A stretch of 64,000 nt of DNA from an uncultured Mycoplasmatota bacterium (GTDB taxonomy: Bacteria; Bacillota_I; Bacilli_A; RF39; UBA660): assembly GCA_900554315.1 (NCBI GenBank), contig USGP01000005.1:3050-67049 (forward strand). The letters run 5' to 3'. A model generated the notes under the pieces. The model was not told the DNA's origin and did not search any database. It saw only the letters and a program-made list of their open reading frames with translations. Below are positions 46,639-55,826 of this stretch, piece by piece. The first letter of the stretch is position 1. Every line of letters starts with the position of its first letter. Made by a program: the position numbers and the translations under genes.

Positions 46639-47124
46639 ATGAGAAGGGATAAAAATAATTATTATTTAGATATAGCGGAACAAGTTTTAGAAAGAGGAAC
46701 TTGTATTAGACGAAATTTTGGGGCATTAATTGTTAATAATGATGAGATTGTTTCTACTGGATATGTTGGAGCTCCACGTGGTAGAAAAAATTGTTGTGAT
46801 CTAAAGTATTGTACAAGAGAGAAATTGCATGTTCCTAGGGGTGAGCGTTATGAACTATGTCGTAGTGTTCATGCTGAACAAAATGCTATTATCAGTGCAA
46901 GAAGAAAAGATATGATTGGGGCTACTTTATATTTAGTTGGAATTAATTATAAAGATGGAAGCTATGTGGAAAATGCTAGACCTTGTGCTTTGTGTAAACG
47001 TATGATTATTAATGCTGGTATTAAAGAAGTTATTGTTCGTAATACGAAGGATAAATATGAAATAATTGATGTTTCTGAATTTATTGATAATGATGAAACT
47101 TTAGAAGGAGTATTAGGATATTAA
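46639..47124 (+). CDS. dCMP/deoxycytidylate deaminase (ComEB-like)
   Basis: HAEQNAI and PCALCKRMIINAGI zinc motifs. Confidence 0.85.
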   Translation: MRRDKNNYYLDIAEQVLERGTCIRRNFGALIVNNDEIVSTGYVGAPRGRKNCCDLKYCTREKLHVPRGERYELCRSVHAEQNAIISARRKDMIGATLYLVGINYKDGSYVENARPCALCKRMIINAGIKEVIVRNTKDKYEIIDVSEFIDNDETLEGVLGY

Positions 47125-47146
47125 TACTTTTTCTTTTGCTCTTTAC

Positions 47147-47166
47147 ATATACCCCCTCTAGGTATA
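47147..47166 (+). promoter_or_regulatory. Putative CsoR operator
   Basis: ATATACCCCCTCTAGGTATA is a GC-cored pseudo-palindrome (ATACC...GGTAT) overlapping the promoter upstream of csoR. It resembles known Firmicute CsoR boxes. Confidence 0.65.
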
Positions 47167-47185
47167 AAATTAATTTGGTGATGTT

Positions 47186-47464
47186 ATGAAGAAGACAATG
47201 AGGAGTGAAGAAGATAAGAAAATATTGAAAAATCGTTTGAACCGAATTTCTGGTCAGATTGATGGAGTAAAAAAGATGATAGACGATAATCGCTATTGTG
47301 ATGATGTTTTGACACAGTTATCTGCTATTGAAAAGGCGGTTAAAAGTTTATCTTTTGTTATTTTAGAAAAACATATGTATTCTTGTATTAAAAATGATGT
47401 TCAAAGAGGTAATACAGAAGTAGTTGATGAGCTTATGAAGTTATTTAGGAGGTATCAGTCATGA
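47186..47464 (+). CDS. csoR: Copper-sensing repressor CsoR
   Basis: RLNRISGQIDGVKKMI..RYC.DVLTQ and the HMYSC Cys/His ligand pattern. Confidence 0.88.
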   Translation: MKKTMRSEEDKKILKNRLNRISGQIDGVKKMIDDNRYCDDVLTQLSAIEKAVKSLSFVILEKHMYSCIKNDVQRGNTEVVDELMKLFRRYQS

Positions 47465-49635
47465 AAAAAGTACAATTAAAAGTAGAAGGTATGACTTGTA
47501 GTGCTTGCTCTAATGGACTAGAAAAGTATTTATTAAAACAAAAAGGAATTTCTTCTGCTTCTGTTAATTTGATTTTAGGAATGGTAAGTGTGGAATATGA
47601 AAATTTGACTATTGTGGATATAGAAAAATATATTTCACAAGCTGGATTTCGTAGTGTCGGTGAATATTCTTATTCTGATGATAGTGTAATCTATCGTGTG
47701 AAAAAAAGAAATTTAATTATATTTGGTGTTTTATTGATATTTTTTATGTATATTTCTATGGGACATATGTTGTCATTACCAGAATTGTTTTCTTATTCTA
47801 CTTATCCAGTTTTTTATAGTTTGTTACTTCTTGGATTATGTATTTTATTTTTACTTTATGGTTTTGATATTTTAAAAAGTGGTGTTATTAATCTTGTTCA
47901 TCGTATGCCTAATATGGATACTTTGGTGTTATTTAGTGTATTATTTAGTTTTGGCTATAGTTTATATGGATTTGTAGAAATATGTATGGGTAATACATTG
48001 TATCTGCATCAGTTATATTTTGAATCTGTGTGTATGGTTTTATATTTTGTGAAGTTGGGAAGACTTTTAGAAAATATTAGTAAGAAAAAAACTACTTCTA
48101 CTATCCAAAATTTAGTTACTATTACACCTAAACTTGCTTATAAGAAAAAAGGTGATAAGGTTGTTGCGGTTACTTTAGATGAAATAAATGTGGATGATAT
48201 TTTAGTTTGTAGGCCTCATGAAAAATTTGCTGTTGATGGTGAAGTAGTTGATGGAGAAAGTTATGCAGATGAATCTTTTATTACAGGGGAAAGTGCTCCT
48301 GTGATGAAGCAAAACGGTAGTCTGGTTTTGGCTGGTTCTATGAATTATGATGGTGTGATTTGTTATCAGGCTAAAAAAATAGGAAAAGATTCTACTGTTT
48401 CTAATATTGTAAGTATGGTGGTTGAATCGTTAAATAAAAAGAATAAAATAGAACGTTTGGCAGATAAAATTAGTAGTTATTTTGTACCATTTATTTTTAT
48501 CATTGCAATTTTGACTTTTGTGCTTAAGTTGCTACTTAGTTTTTCATTTTTATCAGGTTTTCAATCTTTTGTTACTGTTTTGGTCATTGCTTGTCCATGT
48601 GCTCTTGGTTTAGCAGTACCTCTTGTTATTAGTGTTAGTTATGGACTTTGTGCCAAAAAAGGAATTGTTGTAAAATCTGGTGATGTATTAGAACAAATGA
48701 GACAAGTAGATAAGGTTATTTTTGATAAGACAGGAACGTTAACTTATGGGAAATTGGCTGTTTATCAAACATATTCTTATGCTGAATCCACCTATTCTTT
48801 ATTAAAGATTGTTCGTAGTTTGGAAAGTAATTCTACTCACCCTATCGCAACTGCTTTTTCTAAAGATGATTTACTTTCTGTTCAAGATTTTCGAGAATTA
48901 TCTGGTATGGGTATTACTGGTACTGTAGATGGAAATACTTATTATGTCGGTAATTTAAAATTAGTTAAAAAATTAGGATTACGCCAATCTCATAAGAAAG
49001 ATTACGAAGAGTTACTTTCTCATGGTTGTAGTATTTTATATGTTATGAATGAAGAAAAAATCTTAGGTTTAATTGGTGTTTGTGATACTATTCGTGAAGA
49101 TATGAAAAATGTTATCTTACAGTTAAAAAGTATGGATATTACGCCGGTCATGTTAACGGGAGATAATCTAGAGGTTGCTAGAAGCGTTGCAAAAGAAGTT
49201 GGTATTGAGGAAATCCATGCTGATGTCTTACCTAAGGATAAAGCATCTATTATTAAGGGTTATATAGCTGCTGGTAATAAAGTAGTGATGGTAGGTGATG
49301 GCGTCAATGATGCGGTTGCTTTAGTGGAAGCAACTGTTGGTATTAGTATATCTAGTGGTACAGATGTTGCGAATGATGCTAGTGATGTTGTTCTTATGAA
49401 TCATAATTTATCTAATTTAATTGATTTTATTACTATTAGTAAAAAATCTTATAAAGTAATTGTTGAAAATTTGTTTTGGGCATTTTTCTATAATGTTTGT
49501 ATGATTCCTATTGCAGCAGGTCTTTTAGAAAATTTTGGCGTTGTGCTTAATCCAATGCTTGCTAGTGTTTGTATGACAATTAGTAGTTTGACAGTAGTGT
49601 TTAATTCTTTAAGGTTAAAGTGGATGGTGAAATAA
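47461..49635 (+). CDS. copA: Cu(I)-exporting P1B-type ATPase
   Basis: N-terminal HMA GMTCSACS, CPC in the TM region, DKTGT, and GDGVNDA. Confidence 0.93.
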   Translation: MKKVQLKVEGMTCSACSNGLEKYLLKQKGISSASVNLILGMVSVEYENLTIVDIEKYISQAGFRSVGEYSYSDDSVIYRVKKRNLIIFGVLLIFFMYISMGHMLSLPELFSYSTYPVFYSLLLLGLCILFLLYGFDILKSGVINLVHRMPNMDTLVLFSVLFSFGYSLYGFVEICMGNTLYLHQLYFESVCMVLYFVKLGRLLENISKKKTTSTIQNLVTITPKLAYKKKGDKVVAVTLDEINVDDILVCRPHEKFAVDGEVVDGESYADESFITGESAPVMKQNGSLVLAGSMNYDGVICYQAKKIGKDSTVSNIVSMVVESLNKKNKIERLADKISSYFVPFIFIIAILTFVLKLLLSFSFLSGFQSFVTVLVIACPCALGLAVPLVISVSYGLCAKKGIVVKSGDVLEQMRQVDKVIFDKTGTLTYGKLAVYQTYSYAESTYSLLKIVRSLESNSTHPIATAFSKDDLLSVQDFRELSGMGITGTVDGNTYYVGNLKLVKKLGLRQSHKKDYEELLSHGCSILYVMNEEKILGLIGVCDTIREDMKNVILQLKSMDITPVMLTGDNLEVARSVAKEVGIEEIHADVLPKDKASIIKGYIAAGNKVVMVGDGVNDAVALVEATVGISISSGTDVANDASDVVLMNHNLSNLIDFITISKKSYKVIVENLFWAFFYNVCMIPIAAGLLENFGVVLNPMLASVCMTISSLTVVFNSLRLKWMVK

Positions 49636-50027
49636 TGAATATAAAGTTTAATCGATTAATTCCAGAACTTAGTGTTTCTGATATTAATAAAAGCAAAGAA
49701 TTTTATTTATCTTTAGGTTTTTCTATTGTTTATGAAAGGGTAGAGGATAAATTTTGTTTTTTAGAGTTGGATGGTAATCAACTTATGATTGAAGAGATTA
49801 ATGATCATTGGAATACTGGAGATTTGGAATATCCTTTTGGTAGAGGTGTTAATTTTAGTATGGAAGTTGATGATATTAATTCCTTATATGAGAAAGTAAA
49901 GCGTATGAAGTATCCTATCTTTCGAGAATTACAAGTGGACTCTTATCAAGTTGGAGATAAAGAGTGTTTAGATCAACAATTTTTAATTCAAGATTTAGAT
50001 GGTTATTTATTAAGATTTATACATTAG
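49635..50027 (+). CDS. VOC (glyoxalase/bleomycin-resistance) family protein
   Basis: LIPELSVSDINKSKEFY..LGF... beta-alpha-beta-beta-beta module. TAATG overlap with copA. Confidence 0.7.
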   Translation: MNIKFNRLIPELSVSDINKSKEFYLSLGFSIVYERVEDKFCFLELDGNQLMIEEINDHWNTGDLEYPFGRGVNFSMEVDDINSLYEKVKRMKYPIFRELQVDSYQVGDKECLDQQFLIQDLDGYLLRFIH

Positions 50028-50040
50028 AAAGGGTGATATT

Positions 50041-50253
50041 ATGTTTAAGAAAATTCGAAAAACAATCGAAATTGAAGGAATGCATTGTGAAGGATGTGTT
50101 AATCGAGTTACTAATGTTTTATCTTCTATACCTGGAGTTAAGAAATGTGATGTTAGTTTAGAAGATAAAAAGGCTGATTTGATCTTATCTAAAGAGGTAG
50201 ATGATTCTGTTTTCCGTGAAAGAATTGAAAGCATAGGTTTTCAAATGAAATAA
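50041..50253 (+). CDS. copZ: Copper chaperone CopZ
   Basis: 70 aa HMA domain with GMHCEGC. Confidence 0.88.
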   Translation: MFKKIRKTIEIEGMHCEGCVNRVTNVLSSIPGVKKCDVSLEDKKADLILSKEVDDSVFRERIESIGFQMK

Positions 50254-50296
50254 AATGTGTTATAATGATGGCGCCAAAACATTTGGGGGTGTTATT

Positions 50297-50644
50297 ATGA
50301 AAAAAGAAATTCCTACTGTACTTAATTCTAGTCAACAAAGAAGAGTTAATTATATAAAAGCTTTAATTTGGAATCAGTATGAACAAAAAGGAAAAGAATG
50401 TTCTTCCAATCAAGTTGATCAAGTTTATGAACGATTGCAACAAGATGGACTTTTCTTTGGAAACCAAGATGTTTTGCATAAAGCACAATTGGAAGAGTAT
50501 ACAGGAGTTGGTTCTCAGTTATTAATACGTACATCATGGGATGTTATTGATCCTATTGTGTATGCTGCTTCAACAACTGAGAGTGTTGGAAAACAAATGC
50601 AATATGAAATAGGTGCAAGATTACATCATGTATTTCATAAATAA
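50297..50644 (+). CDS. Hypothetical protein
   Basis: GGGGG RBS. No recognisable motif. Confidence 0.5.
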   Translation: MKKEIPTVLNSSQQRRVNYIKALIWNQYEQKGKECSSNQVDQVYERLQQDGLFFGNQDVLHKAQLEEYTGVGSQLLIRTSWDVIDPIVYAASTTESVGKQMQYEIGARLHHVFHK

Positions 50645-50653
50645 AAAGTAATA

Positions 50654-51145
50654 TCAATGGATATTACTTTTTATTTGACTATATTTTTCTATTAAAATTT
50701 TTTCAATCCCTTTTTTACAATTTGCTGGGGAGGTACTCGGTAGAGAAATATCTTCTATCTTTGTTTTTGAATATAGATATTTTTTATATAATTGGTGGGC
50801 TTTTGTACCTGTTGTAAATATGGTTTTTATTTTTGAATTCTTTAAAATTGGAGTTAAATCGTTGGGAATAGCATTCTTTATAGATGCATCACTAGAAGAA
50901 TTTATCTCACATTCTTTTATTACATCATATAAGGCAATATGATATTTTTTTAAAAATTCTTTTTTGTCTTCTATGTTGGAACCTATTTTTTCTTCAAATA
51001 CTTTTTCCAGTGTGCTCCAAAATCTATTTTTTGGATGGCCATAGTAGAAACCAATTTCTCTTGATTTTACAGAAGGAATACTTCCTAGTATTAATACTTG
51101 AGAATCTTTATCATAAATTGGTTTTAGAGTATGAGTTACTTTCAT
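50654..51145 (-). CDS. UDG-superfamily DNA glycosylase (deoxyinosine/hypoxanthine glycosylase-like)
   Basis: LILGSIPSVKSREIGFYYGHPKNRFW matches the family-6 style motif. Confidence 0.65.
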   Translation of the reverse strand: MKVTHTLKPIYDKDSQVLILGSIPSVKSREIGFYYGHPKNRFWSTLEKVFEEKIGSNIEDKKEFLKKYHIALYDVIKECEINSSSDASIKNAIPNDLTPILKNSKIKTIFTTGTKAHQLYKKYLYSKTKIEDISLPSTSPANCKKGIEKILIEKYSQIKSNIH

Positions 51146-51155
51146 GATATTACCT

Positions 51156-52400
51156 TCATTCTTTAGGATTGTGTATTGTTGTGATAGTATAGTTCGAGAA
51201 GTCTAGTGATGATATAAACTTTTTAAACTCTTCATAATTTAATTGCTCTATATCTTCTACGGTATCTAAATATGGATGGTCATATTCTAGAATATTTTCT
51301 AATAGGGGAGCTGTAATAGAAGATAAATTTTCTTCTCTTAATATAATATTTACTATTGTTCTTTTTTTATCTATTTCAAATAATTCTTTATCAAATTGAA
51401 TATTTTTAAACGCTTTTATAATTTCTTCTTTTAATTTTTCTTCTTGCGTCGTATAACTTCCGATAGAAATTAATAAAAAATTATCTATTTTTCTGTTGGA
51501 ACGATTAATACCTGTTGTTATTATTTTCTCTTTCGTTAACCGATTATATAAAGGGGAAGATGATCCTGTGTTTGCATCTATAAAAGGACTTAAATAAAAA
51601 TCTAACTTTAATTGTTCTTGTGTTGTTAAATGGTGGATTGGAACTTTGTAAGTTACTTCTAAATAAGGAGTAGGAGTAGGAAATATTACTTCACCATATT
51701 TTTTTACTACTTCATTTGGTTCTTTTACTTCTATTTTTTGGACTGTATGTTTTGGAAAAGTTAAATGCTTCATTTCTTCTTTTATTGTTTTTATTACTTT
51801 TTCTTTTTGAAAGTTACCAGCTATTAAAATAAATTGATTGTTAGGTTGATAGAATGTTTCATAACATAATTTTAAATTTTCTATTGTTGTATTTTTGACT
51901 TCTTCAATAGTACCTCCTGTACTTCTAAATTTAATGTTATGTAGACAGTTATCTAATATTTTTATACTTTCATGAAAAAACTTATTGTTTTCTTTTCCTC
52001 TTAATTCTTGATAGATTGGATTTTTTAATTTTTCTAAATTTTCTTCTGTAAATACTGGATTGTATACACTTTTTAGTATTGTTTTGATTCCATCTTCTAC
52101 GTTTTCTACTGTTTCGAAGAAATATCTAGTATGATTTTTGGCAGTGATTGCGTTGGTACTCATTTCTTTTTTACCAAGAATATCTAAGAAATTCCCGTAT
52201 TTATTACATTCAACTAAGAAGTGTTCTAATATATGAGCTAATCCGTCTTGGAAATGTACTTCTTTGCCATCAATGATAAAATCTTTTGTTGCTCCACCAA
52301 ATTTTGTGATAAATTGAAAAACTGTAGTATGTTTTCTTTTGTCTTGATATAAATAAACTGTTAATCCATTTTCTAATGTAATTGTTTCTAACTTATTCAT
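51156..52400 (-). CDS. M16-family zinc peptidase (active subunit)
   Basis: Inverted zinc motif HILEH (HxxEH). Confidence 0.8.
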   Translation of the reverse strand: MNKLETITLENGLTVYLYQDKRKHTTVFQFITKFGGATKDFIIDGKEVHFQDGLAHILEHFLVECNKYGNFLDILGKKEMSTNAITAKNHTRYFFETVENVEDGIKTILKSVYNPVFTEENLEKLKNPIYQELRGKENNKFFHESIKILDNCLHNIKFRSTGGTIEEVKNTTIENLKLCYETFYQPNNQFILIAGNFQKEKVIKTIKEEMKHLTFPKHTVQKIEVKEPNEVVKKYGEVIFPTPTPYLEVTYKVPIHHLTTQEQLKLDFYLSPFIDANTGSSSPLYNRLTKEKIITTGINRSNRKIDNFLLISIGSYTTQEEKLKEEIIKAFKNIQFDKELFEIDKKRTIVNIILREENLSSITAPLLENILEYDHPYLDTVEDIEQLNYEEFKKFISSLDFSNYTITTIHNPKE

Positions 52401-53646
52401 GGCTTTTCTCCTTTAAAAAATAAATTGTATCTAGTTGTAGTTTATCCATAAAGTTGTATACATCTTCGGCTGTTTTTTCTTTTAATTTTTCATATCTTTC
52501 TTGCTCTGTATCATCAATGCCTAAGACTTTGTTAATTTTATCATTTAATATGTCATATTTATTATCTAGACTTCTTATTAGATCAATTCTTCTTCTATTT
52601 TTTATTTTTTCAATCAGAGGCGTTATCATATCTTTATCTTTTAGGCTGTCCATCACTTCTAATATTTTTTCTTGCGTTATATCTTTGTTTTTGGGATTGA
52701 TATATGCAGTTATTTTTAATAGCCCATAATTAGGATAATAATTTACTGCTGAAGAATAGATTAAGTTGTTTTCATGTCTTAATTTTTTACTTAATAATCT
52801 GGAAGATTGAGATGATAGTAGACTTTGAATTAATCCTAGCATAATAGAATCTTCTTTTTGCATATTTTTTACTTTGTATATGAAAGATAGAGCTGAGTCT
52901 TTAAATTCTTTTTCTTCTACTATTTCTTGTGGTTTCTCTTTATTTGGTTTTAGATAATGTATATAGTCTGTTGTTAAAGTTAAATTTTCTTTTATAGGAA
53001 AATATTTTTTTATAATGGGATTTATTTTTTCTTCTTTTATATTTCCCATGATAAATATAATAGGGGTATTATTTATAATTCTTTGTTCATAATATTCAAA
53101 TAGATTTTTGGGGGTTATTTCTTCTATTAATTCTTTATGTGCTTTTAAATCTCTTGAAAAAATACCGTCTGTGTCTATTAGTTTAGCTATTGTGTAGTTC
53201 AAATATGGTTTAAATGATTTTTCTTGGCTATTCATTCGTAATTTTAAATTTTCTTTTTCTCTATTTACTTCAAACGAATCAAAATATTGGTTTACTGTTT
53301 TTGGATGATAAATAGCATTGCTAAATAGTTGAATTTGTTTTTCTATTACATCTTGTTTTAATGATTGTTCATCAGGAATTACAAGTTTAAAATTAATACA
53401 AGCTGTTGTTCCAATCGTGATTTGATTTGCAAAATAGGATAGAATGTAGTTTTCTTTTAATGCTTTTTGAAATTCTCCTTCTGTTGGATATTGTTCTGTC
53501 ATATACATTAACATTTGTGGAATAAGTATTTCTTTTGCTAGATCTTTTATTTCTTCTTGATAAGGATATATTGCGTGTATTTGGATCGTTTGAAAATTAT
53601 CATTTTTTATTATAATGGGATTATTTTTTATTGTTATTGTTTTCAT
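52393..53646 (-). CDS. M16-family peptidase-like protein lacking HxxEH (non-catalytic partner)
   Basis: Similar size and overlapping gene pair. No HxxEH motif found. Confidence 0.65.
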   Translation of the reverse strand: MKTITIKNNPIIIKNDNFQTIQIHAIYPYQEEIKDLAKEILIPQMLMYMTEQYPTEGEFQKALKENYILSYFANQITIGTTACINFKLVIPDEQSLKQDVIEKQIQLFSNAIYHPKTVNQYFDSFEVNREKENLKLRMNSQEKSFKPYLNYTIAKLIDTDGIFSRDLKAHKELIEEITPKNLFEYYEQRIINNTPIIFIMGNIKEEKINPIIKKYFPIKENLTLTTDYIHYLKPNKEKPQEIVEEKEFKDSALSFIYKVKNMQKEDSIMLGLIQSLLSSQSSRLLSKKLRHENNLIYSSAVNYYPNYGLLKITAYINPKNKDITQEKILEVMDSLKDKDMITPLIEKIKNRRRIDLIRSLDNKYDILNDKINKVLGIDDTEQERYEKLKEKTAEDVYNFMDKLQLDTIYFLKEKSHE

Positions 53647-53714
53647 AGCTACCTTCTTTCTAAGACCATTTTATCATATCTTTATTTTATGTTATACTTT
53701 TTTTAGGAGGATGT

Positions 53715-54110
53715 ATGAAAGTAATTACTATTAAACAACCTTTTGCTAGTTTAATTGCTGAAGGATATAAAAAATATGAGTTTCGTACTTGGAAGACAAA
53801 ATATAGGGGAGATATTTTGATTCATGCTGGTAAAGGGATTGATAAGGCAGCTATGAAGAAGTTTGAAGCTTTCAATCTTACTTATCCAACGGGATGTATT
53901 ATTGCCAAAGCTAGGTTATCGGATTGTGTTTTTATTGATTCTGATATGAAACAAAAATTAAAACAAGAAAACAGTTTGGTCTATTCTGGTGTAGTTAATG
54001 ATGATGATTGGGAAGGTTTTGGTTTTTATTTAGAAAATATTGAAAAAATAGATCCTATTTCTATCAATGGAAAACTTAGTTTATGGGATTATCCCTATGA
54101 AGAAAAGTAG
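53715..54110 (+). CDS. ASCH-domain protein
   Basis: MKVITIKQPFASLIAEGYKKYEFRTW...ILIHAG is a typical ASCH/PUA-like N-terminus. Confidence 0.75.
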   Translation: MKVITIKQPFASLIAEGYKKYEFRTWKTKYRGDILIHAGKGIDKAAMKKFEAFNLTYPTGCIIAKARLSDCVFIDSDMKQKLKQENSLVYSGVVNDDDWEGFGFYLENIEKIDPISINGKLSLWDYPYEEK

Positions 54111-54143
54111 TTTTTTGCTATAATATTATAAAGGAGGAATATT

Positions 54144-54401
54144 ATGAAGTGTCCAGTTTGTAAAGATGTTACTTTATTAATGTCTGAAAAAAAGGGAGTT
54201 GAAATTGATTACTGCCCTGAATGTCGAGGAATTTGGCTTGATCGAGGAGAACTTGAAAAGTTGGTTGAAAAAGAAGAAAAAACATATCGTGATGTGAAAA
54301 AAGAATATGAAGAGGAAGAACATTATGAACATAAAAAATACCCTAAAAAGAGAAAAGAATCTTTTTTAGGAGAAGTATTTGATCTTTTTGGTGGAGATTA
54401 A
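54144..54401 (+). CDS. Zinc-ribbon protein (COG3809-like)
   Basis: CPVC...CPECRGIWLDRGELEKL, followed by a charged tail. Confidence 0.7.
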   Translation: MKCPVCKDVTLLMSEKKGVEIDYCPECRGIWLDRGELEKLVEKEEKTYRDVKKEYEEEEHYEHKKYPKKRKESFLGEVFDLFGGD

Positions 54402-54511
54402 AAACTGCGTGATGTAGTTTTTTTTTACAGTATTTAACATTTGTTTTTGGCTTGCTTCTAGAAAAAAATAAATTCTTGTTTTATACTCTTTATAGAGTAG
54501 GGTGATTCTTT

Positions 54512-55033
54512 ATGATATTTAGTGTGTTAGCTTTTACTGCATTGGTTATTAGTGTTTGTATTAAAGAAAGAAAAAAATCATTATTTGTACAGTCTTTAGA
54601 TTGTATTTTTGAGGCATTGTACAATTTTTATATTTATGCTTATACAGGTGCGGTATTAAGTTTAGTAAATTTTATACGTAGTTTTTTATTTATCAATAAG
54701 GATGATTTTAGTAAAAAATTTTATTTAGGTTTATTAATATTATTTGAAAGTGTTATTCTTATTAATTGTATTATGACTTGGGATGGTGTTGTTTCTTTAC
54801 TTCCAACGATTGGTTCTTTAATTCGTACTTATTGTTTGTGGCAGACGGATATGCGATTTGTACGTTTGTCTGGCATTACGACTGGTGTTTTTTATGGAGC
54901 ATATTATTTATATTATCAGAGTCCATTACTTGTTATAGGGGAGACGACTTTAATTTTTGCTGGTATGTATGCTGTTTGGAAACATGATGTGAAAGATAAA
55001 TTCTTTCAACATAAATTACAAGAGCAAAATTAG
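54512..55033 (+). CDS. YgjV-like inner membrane protein
   Basis: About 5 TM helices. Size and repeat layout resemble the YgjV family. The assignment is weak. Confidence 0.5.
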   Translation: MIFSVLAFTALVISVCIKERKKSLFVQSLDCIFEALYNFYIYAYTGAVLSLVNFIRSFLFINKDDFSKKFYLGLLILFESVILINCIMTWDGVVSLLPTIGSLIRTYCLWQTDMRFVRLSGITTGVFYGAYYLYYQSPLLVIGETTLIFAGMYAVWKHDVKDKFFQHKLQEQN

Positions 55034-55063
55034 AAAAGATCTTGCGAAACAAGATCTTTTTTT
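55034..55063 (+). terminator. Rho-independent terminator
   Basis: aaagatcttg/caagatcttt stem followed by a T-run. Confidence 0.8.
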
Positions 55064-55144
55064 GATTTTTATGAAGTAATTTTTTTTTAACAATTTTTTA
55101 GTTTTATGGTACAATTATGTCAGAATAAATAATAAGGTGATAGT

Positions 55145-55825
55145 ATGAGATTACAATGTGAAAGTGTTGCTAATAAGGTTATGTTTCAGTTAGATAAGTT
55201 GGAAAATGAATTTTCACAAGATGAACTTAATCAAATAACAGAAATTGTTATTGATTATGATGAAGAAGAAAATAATGCGGCTCTTATTGCGGATGTTTTA
55301 CTTTTTCAAAATTTATTTAGTTTAACGATTCGTAATGGCTTTTTATATAATGATGATTTACTTCATTTGATAAAGTTAAAAAAATTAAAAGCTATTAGTT
55401 TTCATAATTGTAAGTTTGAAAATTCTAATTTGGTTGCATTATTTTCGGTTAGTAATTTATCTCTTGTTCATTGTGATATTTATAATTATTCCTTTATTTC
55501 TGTTTTGGGTGAGTTAGAATCTTTAACTATTGTAAGTGGTAAGATAAAAGTTCGTTCTTTGAATGAGTTAGAACAATTGAGGTATTTACAGTTATCTTAT
55601 TCAGAAATATTAGGAAGTCCAGATTTAATTTCTACGAAGATTGAAGAATTATATATTGATCATTCTAATTTGGTTGATTTATCTTTTTTAAAGAACTTTA
55701 AAAATCTTCGTAAACTGGGTGTGGATGAAAGTCAATATCGGGAAAATAAATTGTTATTAGATGATCTTATTCAACATGATGTTTTGGTTTTAGAAGATAA
55801 TTTGATAGAGATTCGTGGTGAGTGA
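55145..55825 (+). CDS. Leucine-rich-repeat protein, no signal peptide
   Basis: Tandem units of about 22 aa with the L..L.L..C/N.I pattern (LKAISFHNCKF, LSLVHCDIY, LESLTIVSGKI, LRYLQLSYSEI, IEELYIDHSNL, LRKLGVDES). Confidence 0.7.
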   Translation: MRLQCESVANKVMFQLDKLENEFSQDELNQITEIVIDYDEEENNAALIADVLLFQNLFSLTIRNGFLYNDDLLHLIKLKKLKAISFHNCKFENSNLVALFSVSNLSLVHCDIYNYSFISVLGELESLTIVSGKIKVRSLNELEQLRYLQLSYSEILGSPDLISTKIEELYIDHSNLVDLSFLKNFKNLRKLGVDESQYRENKLLLDDLIQHDVLVLEDNLIEIRGE

Positions 55826-55826
55826 T

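Noticed and set aside
50297-50644. Possible RiPP precursor or partner gene next to the M16 peptidase pair.
   Set aside because: The ORF is on the opposite strand and separated from the peptidases by the glycosylase gene. At 115 aa it has no leader/core-like features.
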